A stretch of 64,000 nt of DNA from Dicyema japonicum (Eukaryota > Animalia > Dicyemida): assembly GCA_011109175.1 (NCBI GenBank), contig RDEW01000015.1, forward strand, positions 266,310 to 330,309. The letters run 5' to 3'. Of the stretch, positions 26,903 through 39,699 are shown one piece after another (the stretch's first letter is position 1; every line of letters starts with the position of its first letter). Made by a program: the position numbers and the translations under genes. The notes beneath the pieces are model-generated. The model was given only the letters and a program-made list of their open reading frames with translations, did not search any database and was not told the origin of the DNA.

Positions 26903-27592
26903 GCTTTTGACCACTTTGCGAAAAACATTGTCGATTACAACATTGAATTGAATATCAAATTCAGTTGACCAATACTTGTCACCAAGTCAAAGCGGATTCA
27001 GACCAGGAAAATCAACTGCTGATATAGTATGGAGTCATCGGTAGCTTACGTCAATATGTCAGAAGTACATAAAAACAATATATACTCTGGGAGTCGGCTA
27101 ATCAAAAGCATTCGACTGTGTCTGCCGAGATAAACTATTGCAAGTTCTCAAGGACATAATTGATGAGGACTGTTTGATGATTGTGCGTTTTTTTCTGGCT
27201 GACACGAGCCTCATAGTGAAAGTGGGGAAGGGCTATTCGGAAAAAATCACGACCGGCATTGGTATTCTGCAAGGGGACTCGCTTTCGCCAGTTCTCCTTG
27301 CAATCTATTTGGAAGCTGCGTTGAGGGACGTTAGGAAAGAATTAGGTCACTTAAATAATCATTTGTTGAATTAATGTATGCTGATGACATCAATTTTGTG
27401 TCTGAGGATGTGGTGGTACTAAGAACAGTAATAGATAAAGCCACAACAGTTCTGGCGAGGTGGTCTTTGAAGATCAATTCAGAAAAACGGAGTTAACTTC
27501 GATTCAGCGGTTCGATGAGAAATGAAAGTTTACTAAAAGGCTCGGCTCGTTTTTGGGTGATGCTGAGGTCATTGCTCGCAGAAAGATGTTGG
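26903..27592 (+). mobile_element. RTE-like RT fragment, direct repeat of 32115-32772
   Basis: QSGFRP..STAD, GILQGDSLSPVL and MYADDI. Near-identical to the second copy. Confidence 0.85.
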
Positions 27593-28120
27593 TATCCGGT
27601 GCGGTTTTCACCATAAGAGTCTCGATTTGTTCGTGATATTTAGCTCTACAAGTTGGCTCTAACCACAATTTTTCTGTCTGAAAGTATATATTGGGTCTTT
27701 GTCTCGCCTTTTTCGCGTTTTCAATGTATTTTTTCCCAGTCAGGTGCTTTTTTACACAAAGTTTTGCAATGACGATCCTGTGGTCGCTGTCGGTTGTTGT
27801 TCCCTGGTAGGAACGTGCATCATTTATCAGGTGTTTATCAGACTTTCGGCAGATAATGTAGTCGATTTGATTATATATATTCAAGGTCTCTCCGACAGAG
27901 TTTTTCTTTGTCCGTGCCACGTCGTCTTGTGGCAAGCTGAGTGCGTAAAGGCGGTGTTGCACAGGAAAAGGCTATTCGCCTCGCAGAAGTTTACCAGAGA
28001 GGCTCCAGATGCATTTCTCCTTCCGCGCCCGTCTCTTCCAATAGAGGATTCTTCGGGCCCCATTCGCATTCCGGCCTTTGCATTCATATCTCCCGCAACA
28101 AAGACAAGAGACGAGGAAGC
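27593..28120 (-). mobile_element. RTE-like APE endonuclease fragment, inverted relative to the adjacent RT
   Basis: NAKAG, RRNASG..LVNFCEANSLFLCNTAF, NQIDYII and DSDHRIV. Confidence 0.8.
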
Positions 28121-28199
28121 ATAATTTTATTGTTAAATAAAACGTGTTTTATTGATCATAATTATCTGGTATAATGACTTTGGGTGTTTTTTTATTTAA

Positions 28200-28650
28200 C
28201 CCAAAAACACCAATAGTTAATCTAGTTGAAATTAATTAGATGATCCCGACAATCCTGAGAGTTTTCTCAGCTTCTCCCGATGCTGGACTTTTGACCCGAC
28301 ACATTCACGGTATGGGCGGGGGACAGTGTTTGTGAGATGGCTAACTAGGGTGATGTGCTTCTGGAAACTTGATACAGGACGGACTGTCGACGACAGGTCT
28401 TGCTGGAGGGTTAACGTCAAGAAGCTCTTGCTGTCTTGCTCAATAAGGTGGTCAAAGGGACTGGGTGGAATGTTGTTCAGCTTTGCCATGTGCATTATGG
28501 TAGTCGCCGCTCGACATAGGGTGTTATCAAATTGAGAGATTAATTCCCCATGCTGCACAGGCGTAACTGATTGTTGGCTCGATGATTTGCTTATAGAGAA
28601 TACCGAGAGCAGGGAATGGCTTTTTTATTCCACCAAATATGGTTTTGACT
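28200..28650 (-). mobile_element. I/Jockey-like LINE 3' fragment
   Basis: LYKQIIEPTISYACAAWG motif runs into ORF 28232-28558. Confidence 0.55.
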
Positions 28651-28789
28651 AAACGATTTATCATATTAATGATTATTTAATCTATCTTTGATGTTATAAC
28701 TAAAGCCTATGGAAATTCAAAAGAAATTGCCAAATATAAAAAATTATGTCCTTAATTTATTTGGCTAAAATAGGTTAAAAGATTAGAAA

Positions 28790-29300
28790 ATGGTCGCATG
28801 GTGCCATTTGGATATCTGATTGAAGATTTCTCTTCCATTGCAAGAAAAACAAGAAGACTGTTGACCACCTGACCACTCATTGTGGTAGAATGTTAAATAA
28901 TGATCACATCCGAAGACACAACGAAGTTGTAGAATGCTTACATTTCCATCTATGCAGAGTATATAGAATCAAAAAAGCTAGAAAGTTGAAGGGGCGTTCA
29001 GTTCAGTTGATTCTATAAACACAGAATGTTGAGATAAAGTCGATACGTCGATTCTGACTAAAACAACAGTTCAACAAATTAGATATTTTCAAACAATATC
29101 AAGATTGAGATAATTCTAATAGAAGTGGGAATTACATCTCAGGATCGCCTAAAACAGGTGGAAGTAAAAAATGTCACATGTATAACCTCCTCGCAAGTGA
29201 GCTTTCGCTTCTCTACGATTGTCAAGATTATCCCACTGGTTATTATGACCTGGGATGGAGTTGTCTCGAAATGCGTCAAAAACTATTGACGAATATAAAA
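28790..29300 (+). mobile_element. R4/Dong-like 3' fragment (CCHC + RLE)
   Basis: Broken translation TVDHL.THCGRML..DHIRRHNEVV.CLHFHLC; LIEVGITSQDRL; MTWDGVV. Confidence 0.7.
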
Positions 29301-29534
29301 AAACTAACTTAGCAAGTTTAATAGGAAAATTTTAAACAAAAGCTGTGGATTCTAGAAATTTCCTGAGGATTCTTGTATTCTGGGGCATTTTATAGATAAC
29401 TCAAGAGGTTATTCTGTATGGTCATTAAGAGAATTTTCAGGACTTTATATTTAAAACATGCAAAAAAATTATGCTTTTTACAAAATTAAATATTCTCTTG
29501 TAAAATTATATAACTTTAAATCTTAGTGTCCTTA

Positions 29535-29940
29535 ATAAATAAAAAAATAAAATTATTCCAAAGATCAAAGGTAAAACCAAACTAACTAACCTTTTGATCC
29601 TTGACGCGCTCCAACGATTCCAGAACTTGTCTTCAGGTAACAAAATTGTCTCCCGATGGAAAGACTCGATTCGAATAATTAGCAGTGTGGTGCCATGTAG
29701 TGCTGTGTGGCTAGTCGAATAAAAATTTGTTTTCCTTCCCTCTGATGGCGTCATTGGATTCACCTTACTAAGGAGACGCTCAATGCCTGGCCGGCATCAA
29801 AAGGATCCAACTATTCTTTCCACCGGGAGACAATTTGATTACCTAGATACAAGTTCTGGAATCGCTGGAACGCGTCAGGATCAGGGAGTTAGTTAGTTTG
29901 GCTTTACCTTTGATTTTTGGAATAAATTTATTATTTAATA
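29535..29940. repeat. Long inverted repeat made of two LINE 3' ends, tails pointing outward
   Basis: Arm 29535-29664 is the reverse complement, with several mismatches, of 29815-29940. Both carry the TTAGTTAGTTTG tail motif also seen at the LINE end near 7650. Confidence 0.75.
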
Positions 29941-30619
29941 AAACTTAATATACTTAAAAGTTTTTGAATGTGTAATGCTTAATCTTTTTAATCTTTTTTA
30001 CCGCATAAAGTATAAAATCAAATGTCAGATAATATTCGAACATTAACTTTTATAATGGTCATTTTTGTTATTTTTACTGCTTTAGGTCAAAAAACCTCAA
30101 GAGACGAATAATAATAAAGATGCCTATTTGAATGAAATGTACCGCTGTCCTCTTGGAAATTGGCATCGACGGGGAGAAATCTGCAATCAAGTGTTAACTG
30201 AGGAATTTCTGTAGTTTTTTATTTAATATTGTAGAAACAATATCACCCAACCTGAGGTTAAATTTTATCATTTTATTTCTAAGGATCCTCAATCAAATAA
30301 TTAGTTTCTTGTTTTTGGCTTCTTTTTTCGGCACTTGGTTATTCTCACGATTTTCTGTTAAAATAAAATTTTTGGCTTAAATTGTTTCCCTTTAATAGAA
30401 TAGTCTTCTAGAATCAAAGTTTCAATATATTTTTGCTTGTTATTGAGTGATTAATTGGTTGGAAGGTTGAGGTGGTAACATATTTCTAACGCACTAAATG
30501 TCTGCTTAGCTTTATGATGTGAAAGTATTTTTATTCGTTCTTCTTGTGAGCATGGACAATGGATGGACTTTTTATACATCTGAAATCCCCAGTTTCTAAA
30601 AAATAAGGTATCGGATGCA

Positions 30620-32040
30620 CGTAGAAATGGCCCTTATTAATCAATGCTTACATAAGGAATATGGAAACTCCCTTTATTCTGCTTGGGTTATGTGAAGAAG
30701 GCCTATGATTCTGTTGACAATGAATTTTCATTTCATGTATTGGACTGTCAGGAATACCCGTTGGATTGTTAACTTTGTAAAGACCATAGTCAAAAGTGGA
30801 CTGTAAATCTCCACTTAGATGGAAGAAGAATTGGTTCTGTAAAGCTGGGATGGGAATTTGCAAGGAGATTCATTATCCCTTCAACTATTTGTTATGGTAA
30901 TGGAACCCTTGAGCAGGATCCTTAATTCTATGTTCCCAAGACTCCAAATTAATCAGGAGGATCCTAATAGTCTGGCTTATTCTACCAATCATTTGTTGTT
31001 CATTGATGACCTAAAGATATTTGGGCTAAAAGAAGATACTGTCACTAAAATGATGATAGTTGTTCGCGATTTCTTTCATGTTGCCGGCTTGGAGATGAAT
31101 TCGGAAAAGTCAGTCTCTAATGTTAAATCGTTATCATGTTGTGAGACTCTGGAAAGAGTCAGTGGATATCGATATTTGGGTGTTTTTGAAGACGAGGGAA
31201 GTAATGTTCTTAAAAACAAAGTTATTGAGTCCATACTTGAAAATGTTAAAAAAAAAATGAATAACCATGCTTTCAAAAATTAAGTTAAATTCTGCGAACT
31301 TTTGCAATAAATGAATAGGCAATGTCCCTGACTATTATATTGGACTAATTAATATTAACCATATGAATTTGATGATGTTGACCAACAAATACGCCAACTG
31401 CTTACGTCACTCAAGTTGCATCTTAAACCTGCAAATAAAGAGACTGTAATTGGACAGGAAGACTTTTGGAAGAACACTTACCTCGATTTCATTTAAGAGC
31501 GAATTAATACTCTCCCAATTCCTTAAAAGTTTGGAAAACAGTCGATTTTGTGTTTGCGAAGGTCGGGGATTCTGCGAGTAATAAAAACAAAAAATGGCAC
31601 TTGGCTACAATCGCAGGATTTCTTGCCTCTAAATATGCAATTGCCAACAGGGAAAGCATGGATATTATGTCCCTCAAGGACACTCAGGGGAAATATTTAT
31701 TAAATAAAATTTATTGCAGAACACTACACTCTATTTTGTTCAAATGTATTGATGAAACAAATGTCGACCTATATACTTCCTCGGATTGGTTATCCAAGGG
31801 TAATAACAGCCCACGGAGCATTTACTGTCTTCTGCAAGATAGGAATTTGTTTTTCGCACACACGGGTTCAATTTGCAACCATTGTAAAAAAACAGGAAAA
31901 CTGTCGATCATTTTGCCAGTCAGTGTGGCAAAATGCTAAACAGTGATTATCTCCGAAGATATAATGAAGTGATAAAGTGCATCCATCTTCATCTTTGTCG
32001 AATTTATGGAATCAAAAGAAACAGGAAATAGAATGACATC
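30620..32040 (+). mobile_element. Degenerate R4/Dong-like retrotransposon (RT to zinc finger)
   Basis: KKAYDSVD, QGDSLS..LF, STNHLLFIDDLK, GYRYLG and LQDRNLF...CNHCKK. Confidence 0.85.
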
Positions 32041-32114
32041 GCGATGTGAGTTCTACTTCCTTTACAAAAATCTGGCAAACCTGCAGGTCCAATTGAAAAT
32101 CTCAGGCCGATCGT

Positions 32115-33130
32115 GCTTTCGACCACTTTGCGAAAAACATTGTCGATTACAACATTGAATATCAAATTCAGGTTGTCACCAAGTCAAAGCGGATTCAGAC
32201 CAAGAAGATCAACTGCTGATATAGTATGGAGTCATCGGTGCTTATCAATATGTCAGAAGTACAGAAAAACAATATATACTCTGGGAGTCGGCTAATCAAA
32301 AGCATTCGACTGTGTCTGCCGAGATAAACTATTGCAAGTTCTCAAGGACATAATTGATGAGGACTGTTTGATGATTGTGCGTTTTTTGCTGGCTGACACG
32401 AGCCTCATAGTGAAAGTGGGGAAGGGCTATTCGGAAAAAATCACGACCGGCATTGGTATTCTGCAAGGGGACTCGCTTTCGCCAGTTCTCCTTGCAATCT
32501 ATTTGGAAGCTGCGTTGAGGGACGTTAGGAAAGAATTAGGTCACTTAAATAATCATTTTGTTGAATTAATGTATGCTGATGACATCATTTTGTGTCTGAG
32601 GATGTGGTGGTACTAAGAACTGTAATAGATAAAGCCACAACAGTTCTGGAGAGGTGGTCTTTGAAGATCAATTCAGAAAAACGGAGTTAACTTCGATTCA
32701 GCGGTTCGAATTGATGAGAAATGGAAGTTTACTAAAAGGCTCGGCTTTTTTGGGTGATGCTGAGGTCATTGCTCGCAGAAAGATGTTGGCGTGTGCACTG
32801 AAAAGATGTGGAGTATTTGGACTCGCAGAAAACTTATCTCCTTAAATCTTCGGATGCGCTTATATAGCGCGTTCATACAACCAGTCCTATTATAACAACT
32901 CGGGAACATGGAGAACATCAAAAACGGACCGTGACTGACTAGACACATTTCATAGAAATCAATTGAGAAAAATTGCGGGAATTAAATGGCCACAGATTAT
33001 CAAAAAAGACACTCTCTACAAATTATGTAAATGCAAACCGATAAGCAGAGAAGTAATTACCTCACGCTGGCGACTTATCGGACATGTTCTGAGAATGGAC
33101 GAAGTGATTCCTTGCAATCAAATGATGGAA
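32115..33130 (+). mobile_element. RTE-like RT and thumb fragment
   Basis: ILQGDSLSP, MYADDI, LYSAFIQPVLLYNSGTW and SRWRLIGHVLRM. Confidence 0.85.
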
Positions 33131-34494
33131 GATTACTATTATACAAGACTACATTTTGATAATGACAAGGCAAATATCAAAAATTATATAAATAAAAGAA
33201 TGGAGGAAAATGGATTTAAACTTATTATTGAAATGACTGAACCAAAAATTAGCCAACAAGATTATTTTTCTCTTTCACGCTGTCAGGCATCCTATGCATC
33301 TGTTGAAAGAGCTATTAAAATGCTAAAAAATTTTTAAAAAAGGATAGGAACTTCCATCCAGACAATATCAGGCATTAACTTTTATTATATTACAATAAAT
33401 AAAATTTAAATGTTTTATTTTATTATTTTAAGTTATAGATTTTACAATTTTAAATGCTAGATTTTATCATTTTAAGTGCTAACTTTTTTAATTATAATTG
33501 CTAGATTTTATGATTTTTTAGCGCTAAAAAATTTTTTTAAGTGCTAGAAACAACTTACCCTAGTGATTAATTATTACCGATATTGTGAATAACTGCTTCC
33601 AAAAAAGCTTTATGTCGGACCCGTTAAATCAATTTTTACAAGATTTAAAAAAGATGACTTTTTTTACCTAAAGATGTCGTTTTCGCTAAAATCTCGTGAT
33701 GTTTATTAATGAACTTATCCAAAACCTGAAAAATTAATTGGAGGCCATTTTGAATAGAGGCCATTTTGAATGGACATGGAAAACCATGAACTATCCTTAC
33801 TAAAAACACTTTACTCACAATACATTGAGCCATTTATGTATGTGACTCATAAGGGCCTTCGATCTCTCGGACTAATGAGGGCCTGGATTAAATTTGTCCG
33901 AGTCACAGTCTGTTTTTTTGTTTTGGCGTAAAATGTTCACTTTAAACAAAAAATAAAATTTGTAGGCAATTTTTTGGTATGATAATAAATTGTTGTCGTC
34001 CTTATAACGCAATATTATCACTTTTTTTCGATAGTGAGTCTTTTATATCGACTACTAGAATCACAACGAGGCATGCTACTAGAATAAAGTTATATTGTTT
34101 CAATTTTCAGTAATTTTTTTAAAACTCTAAAAAATTATGACAAATTTCTGAATTGGCAAATTTCCACTAAAATTAGAGTATTTCTTTAAAAATGGCAAAT
34201 CTGAGATTTGGCAAATTTAAGAGAGTTTACTGTATGTAATCAGGATTTTCAACAGTCCCAACTATAATATTTACAAAATGTTTTTTTTGTAAATTTGTGT
34301 CTCATCACAATAAAAAATACATTAATTCTACTAATTCTCACAATTTGATTTGATATAAGTGAAGGTACCAAATTTCTACAGTAATTTTCATTGGAAATTT
34401 CATATTTTAATTTTTTTAAATCAATAAAGTTAGTTTTATTCATTTGATAATAAAACCATAAAATTTAAAAAAAATAAAGTTAGTTTTGCTGATT

Positions 34495-34828
34495 AGCCGG
34501 GTGGCTTAGTGGTTAGGTGTCGGGCTTAAGTGGCTTAGGCTACGGGTTCGAATCTCGCTGCTGTTCACCTGGTGGAAGGTTCCACGCATCTACGATGCAG
34601 AAATGGTTTGACGAGTGACGCCGTCATCAGTGAATAGTGAATACTCACTGCGGAACTGGATTTGTCTAGAAAGGACACTCACCACAAGAAAAAGAAAAAA
34701 AGAAGTGAAGATCATTCCTTGGTTCTACGATTAGTTAAAATTAACTGTTCTTTACTTAAATAAAGTGTGTGTCCTGCCTATGCGGAGCTATAAAATACTA
34801 TGGCTCTCGTGAAAAGGCTTTATTATTA
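34495..34828 (+). mobile_element. Full-length tRNA-derived SINE (copy A)
   Basis: A-box TGGCTTAGTGG, B-box GGTTCGAATC, (TTA)n tail. TSD TTTGCTGATT at 34485-34494 and 34829-34838. Confidence 0.85.
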
Positions 34829-35019
34829 TTTGCTGATTTTGTATAATGGAATATTCACTTTGGTCATCATTTCAACCAATTCTATTCCAAACTCTGAATG
34901 CGGAAAAATAGATTTTTGTAATTTTTTTCTGGTTTGACAATTTTGATTTAGGCATCTCAACATCAAGAAACTTAACGTGAAAAAAATAAAAATATAACTT
35001 TATAAAAAAATTAGGCACT

Positions 35020-35390
35020 CGCCTTCGAATTCGGTTATGCAACTCTTTTATCGAACCAATTCTACTTTACAACGCGGGGACCTTGGACCACCAAAGAACT
35101 GGAGAAGCTCAACTCTTTACACGGAAAATAACTACGACTTCTCCTGGGCATCTACTGACAAGAACGGATGATCAACGACAAGCTCTACAGTATCACTCAA
35201 ACATCACAGATTGGGAATAGAGTGACCTCGGCGAAATGGCAGCTCTTTGGACATGTCCTAAGATCTTCGGAAATGGAACAAAGAACTCACGTGCATAAGA
35301 TGGAAGCTGAAATCGGGAGAGGATCTGGATGATTTGAGGGCGGTTGCGAGAAACAGGGAAGTATAGAAACGACTTATAGCAAAAGTGGAA
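35020..35390 (+). mobile_element. RTE-like 3' fragment (duplicated at about 37690-38070)
   Basis: FIEPILLYNAGT...KWQLFGHVLR. Confidence 0.7.
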
Positions 35391-35867
35391 TCTCAAATTA
35401 ATTAACTTAGGTTCAACGGACATTACTATCACCTTAGAAGAAACAAAGACAAATGTCTACATTTATAGTAAGAAATCTCTTAGAGGAATACTTGACCACT
35501 CAATTTTAGCAATATCACAACTAGTAATTACTATACAATTTGTAATTATTGGAGGGCTCCACTTGTAAATTACTAATTTATGGCGACTGAAAATAACTTT
35601 CAATAGTTGTTAACTGTTTGTGCTTAATAATAAAATTTATGTACTCACAAATTTTCCGTTAAGAAAAATCTAAATATTTAAACTTCAGTAATCTCATAGA
35701 TCAGCGTAGAACAACAGGATTGTTTAATAGTAGTCGTAAAACTTGGTATATTTCGCACTCTTTCATCTCTTATCTGTTCTTCAGATCTAATTCAGTCAGT
35801 TAAACGTAAGGATTAGTCTTACCCCCTCTCAAAGTAATAACAAAAAGGTATTTAACAAAGTTAAAAA

Positions 35868-36297
35868 TCAGTGAGCATCCTCAAAGCTCTCACAAACCAT
35901 AGGTTCATCCTCCTCAATTTGCATTTCATCAACATTAGCTGATTCCGTCTTCTTATCGCTTTGAGCCTTCTTGTACTCTAAAATTATCACGTCATAAAAC
36001 CGTCCATGAAATCCTTGAGAGGCTGTACAAAGGACGAAAATGATTTATTGTTGAGGGAGGCAAAACAGTCTGAGGGTTTCATCATTTTACGGTTCTGATT
36101 ATGAGTTATTTCATTGGCATTTGAGGTTATGTACAACACGAAAACACTGGCCGCATTGGCTATTGCTCTCTTGGCTTCTGCTGAGACCGTAACTCCCTCA
36201 GGTAGCTGATAATTGAATTGAATTAAGGTACCGATTGTTTTAGTATTTTTGTAACAGCGCTCAAAGGAAGATTAAGATCTGTTGGTGATTGAGCCAT
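35868..36297 (-). CDS. POLE3: DNA polymerase epsilon subunit 3 / CHRAC17 (histone fold), copy 1, 126 aa
   Basis: MAQSPTDLNLPLSAVTKILKQSLPEGVTVSAEAKRAIANAASVFVLY matches the POLE3 pattern DLNLP..I...LP.GV..S.EA..AI..AASVFVLY. GT-AG introns at 36206-36231 (26 nt) and 35978-36000 (23 nt). Confidence 0.92.
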
Positions 36298-36469
36298 CAA
36301 ACACGATTTTAATTCAAATTATTTATTTATTAAATTAAAAAAATAAAATTATATATAGTAAATTTATTATTTTTTGAACTGTGTCATTAGCCAATGGGTT
36401 AAAAAGAACTCTATAATTTCTAAAAAAGAACTCTAAAAGCTGATAAACTATTTATACCTATCGCCTCTT

Positions 36470-37010
36470 ACAAGAAGTTCAATCCAAGAATATCATCACA
36501 AATTGTGTCACTCATCAAGAAACGAGATGCGCTGAAGAGGAATAGAACACAGACCAATAACTCCTACTCCATACGTTCACTGAATACCAAATTAGCTTAT
36601 CCGACCTAACAACAGACTCAAATGGAGCCGCCTAGTTGGACGACTATGTCACAAAAACTCTTGTGCCATATTATGGAAAACACTAAGAAGGATCAATAGC
36701 TTTATCAATGAGGAGGACCACGGAGCTGAGGCCGTTACCCGCAATGCTTCGGAACCCGCACGCAAAATCTCAAACAAGATTATGAAGTACTACGTATCGA
36801 TCAGCCATAAAAATTTTTCTCGTTCTTTCTCGTTCCATATTCCACCTTCTTCACCCCCGATGATGTCGAAAAAACTATTAAATTGCTACGTCCCACTCGT
36901 GCTTGTGGTCCCGACGGTATTTGCACTATTCACCTCAAACATCTTGGACCTTAGCCTATTACATGCATGTCGTCACTCTAACTTATGACAAAGTGTATCA
37001 ATGCCAAGTT
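36470..37010 (+). mobile_element. I/Jockey-like LINE internal fragment (duplicated at about 39150-39700)
   Basis: FTPDDVEKTIK...ACGPDGICTIHLKHLGP. Confidence 0.65.
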
Positions 37011-37178
37011 AGCGGATTATGTGGAAGCGTTTGCCTTTTTTCTGAAAACCAGATGGGAATAGGGAAGAAATGTCATGGTGCTAAGGAACAGACACTAGTC
37101 AATAAATCACTTAATAAAGTAAATGGAGGTGGATTATATGCCGCATGGATTGATTTTAAAAAAGCATTTGACTCAGTT

Positions 37179-37494
37179 ATAGTGGTTAGGTGTCGGCTTA
37201 AGTGGCTTAGGCTACGGGTTCGAATCTCGCTGCTGTTTACCTGGTGAAGGTTCCACGCATCTACGATGCAGAAAGGGTTTGACGAGTGACGCCGTCATCA
37301 GTGGATAGTGATCACTGCGGAACTGGATTTGACTAGAAAGGACACTCCACACAAGAAAAAGAAAAAAGAAGTGAAGATCATTCCTTGGTTCTACGATTAG
37401 TTAAAATTAACTGTTCTTTACTTAAATAAAGTGTGTGTCCTGCCTATGCGGAGCTATAAAATACTATGGCTCTCGTGAAAAGGCTTTATTATTA
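37179..37494 (+). mobile_element. Hybrid SINE copy at the duplication junction
   Basis: 5' flank and 5' truncation are as in copy B (GCATTTGACTC.GTTATAGTGG). 3' flank is as in copy A (TTATTTGCTGATTTTG). Confidence 0.85.
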
Positions 37495-38540
37495 TTTGCT
37501 GATTTTGTATAATGGAATATTCACTTTGGTCATCATTTCAACCAATTCTATTCCAAACTCTGAATGCGGAAAAATAGATTTTTGTAATTTTTTTCTGGTT
37601 TGACAATTTTGATTTAGGCATCTCAACATCAAGAAACTTAACGTGAAAAAAATAAAAATATAACTTTATAAAAAAATTAGGCACTCGCCTTCGAATTCGG
37701 TTATGCAACTCTTTTATCGAACCAATTCTACTTTACAACGCGGGGACCTTGGGCCTAACCACCAAAGAACTGGAGAAGCTCAACTCTTTACACGGAAAAT
37801 AACTACGACTTCTCCTGGGCATCTACTGACAAGAACGGATGATCAACGACGAGCTCTACAGTATCACTCAAACATCACAGATTGGGAATAGAGTGACCTC
37901 GGCGAAATGGCAGCTCTTTGGACATGTCCTAAGATCTTCGGAAATGGAACAAAGAACTCACGTGCATAAGATGGAAGCTGAAATCGGGAGAGGATCTGGA
38001 TGATTTGAGGGCGGTTGCGAGAAACATGGAAGTATAGAAACGACTTATAGCAAAAGTGGAATCTCAAATTAATTAACTTATTGGTTCCACGGACATTACT
38101 ATCTCCTTAGAAGAAACAAAGACAAATGTTTACATTTATAGTAAGAAATCTCTTAGAGGAATACTTGACCACTCAATCTTAGCAATATCACAACTAGTAA
38201 TTACTATACAATTTGTAATTATTGGAGGGCTCCACTTGTAAATTACTAATTTATGGCGACTGAAAGCAACTTTCAATAGTTGTTAACTGTTTGTGCTTAA
38301 TAATAAAATTTATGTACTCACAAATTTTCCGTTAAGAAAAATCTCAATATTTAAACTTAAGTAATCTCATAGATCAGCGTAGAACAACAGGATTGTTTAA
38401 TAGCAGTCGTAAAACTTGGTATATTTCGCACACATTCATCTCTTATCTGTTCTTCAGATCTAATTCAGTCAGTTAAACGAAAGGACTAGCCTTAACCCCT
38501 CTCAAAGTAATAACAAAAAGGTATTTAACAAAGTTAAAAA

Positions 38541-38970
38541 TCAGTGAGCATCCTCAAAGCTCTCACAAACCATAGGTTCATCCTCCTCAATTTGCATTTC
38601 ATCAACATTAGCTGATTCCGTCTTCTTATCGCTCTGAGCCTTCTTGTACTCTAAAATTATCACGTCATAAAACCTTCCATGAAATCCTTGAGAGGCTGTA
38701 CAAAGGACGAAAATGATTTATTGTTGAGGGAGGCAAAACAGTCTGAGGGTTTCATCATTTTACGGTTCTGATTATGAGTTATTTCATTGGCATTTGAGGT
38801 TATGTACAACACGAAAACACTGGCCGCATTGGCTATTGCTCTCTTGGCTTCTGCTGAGACCGTAACTCCCTCAGGTAGCTGATAATTGAATTGAATTAAG
38901 GTACCGATTGTTTTAGTATTTTTGTAACCGCGCTCAAAGGAAGATTAAGATCTGTTGGTGATTGAGCCAT
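38541..38970 (-). CDS. POLE3: POLE3/CHRAC17, copy 2, intact
   Basis: Same 430-bp span and the same introns as copy 1. I see two synonymous changes and one D>E change. Confidence 0.9.
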
Positions 38971-39699
38971 CAAACACGATTTTAATTCAAATTATTTATT
39001 TATTAAATTAAAAAATAAAATTATATATAGTAAATTTATTATTTTTTGAACTGTGTCATTAGCCAATGGGTTAAAAAGAACTCTATAATTTCTAAAAAAG
39101 AACTCTAAAAGCTGATAAACTATTTATACCTATCGCCTCTTACAAGAAGTTCAATCCAAGAATATCATCACAAATTGTGTCACTCATCAAGAAACGAGAT
39201 GCGCTGAAGAGGAATAGAACACAGACTAATAACTCCTACTCCATACGTTCACTGAATACCAAATTAGCATATCCGAACTAACAACAGACTCAAATGGAGC
39301 CGCCTAGTTGGACGACTATATCACAAAAACTCTTGTGCCACATTTTGGAAAACACTAAGAAGGATCAATAGCCTTATCAATGAGGAAGACCACGGAGTTG
39401 AGGCCGTTACCCGTAATGCTTCGGAACCCGCACGAAAACTCTCAAACAAGATTATGAAGTACTACGTATCGATCAGCCATAAAAATTTTTCTCGTTCTAC
39501 ACCTGTTGAACGGCGCCGGTCACAACAAGAACCATATTCCACCTTCTTCACCCCCGATGATGTTGAAAAAACTATTAAATTGCTATGTCCCACTCGTGCT
39601 TGTGGTCCCGACGGTATTTGCACTATTCACCTCAAACATCTTGGACCTTAGCCTATTACATGCATGTCGTCACTCTAACTTATGACAAAGTGTATCAAT

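Larger units (their letters stand above)
26764..33562 (+). mobile_element. hAT-like element (TAGGG termini) packed with retroelement cargo
   Basis: Termini TAGGGCA / ACCCTA. Perfect 8-bp TSD GTGATTAA at 26756-26763 and 33563-33570. Transposase C-terminal remnant at 33140-33380 (CQASYASVERAI...DRNFHPDN), related to 8624-10418. Confidence 0.85.
25544..33775 (-). mobile_element. Mutator-like (MULE) element with long TIRs, interrupted by a hAT insertion
   Basis: ~200-bp inverted ends (25544-25740 vs 33610-33775). 10-bp TSD ATGGAAAACC at 25534-25543 and 33776-33785. Minus-strand transposase remnants: QLFTI, PIIFCLLTSKT, FEIGAIN, CCMFHL. Confidence 0.85.

Noticed and set aside
34495-34570. tRNA gene, possibly with a suppressor-like anticodon (CTTAAGT loop)
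   Set aside because: The anticodon and acceptor stems do not pair properly. The tRNA-like head continues into a 260-bp body with a tail and TSD in several copies, so it is a SINE.
34585-34635. Hammerhead ribozyme on the minus strand of the SINE (CTGATGA-stem)
   Set aside because: The required GAAA after stem II is absent (it reads TCAAAC), and I could not form stems I and III.
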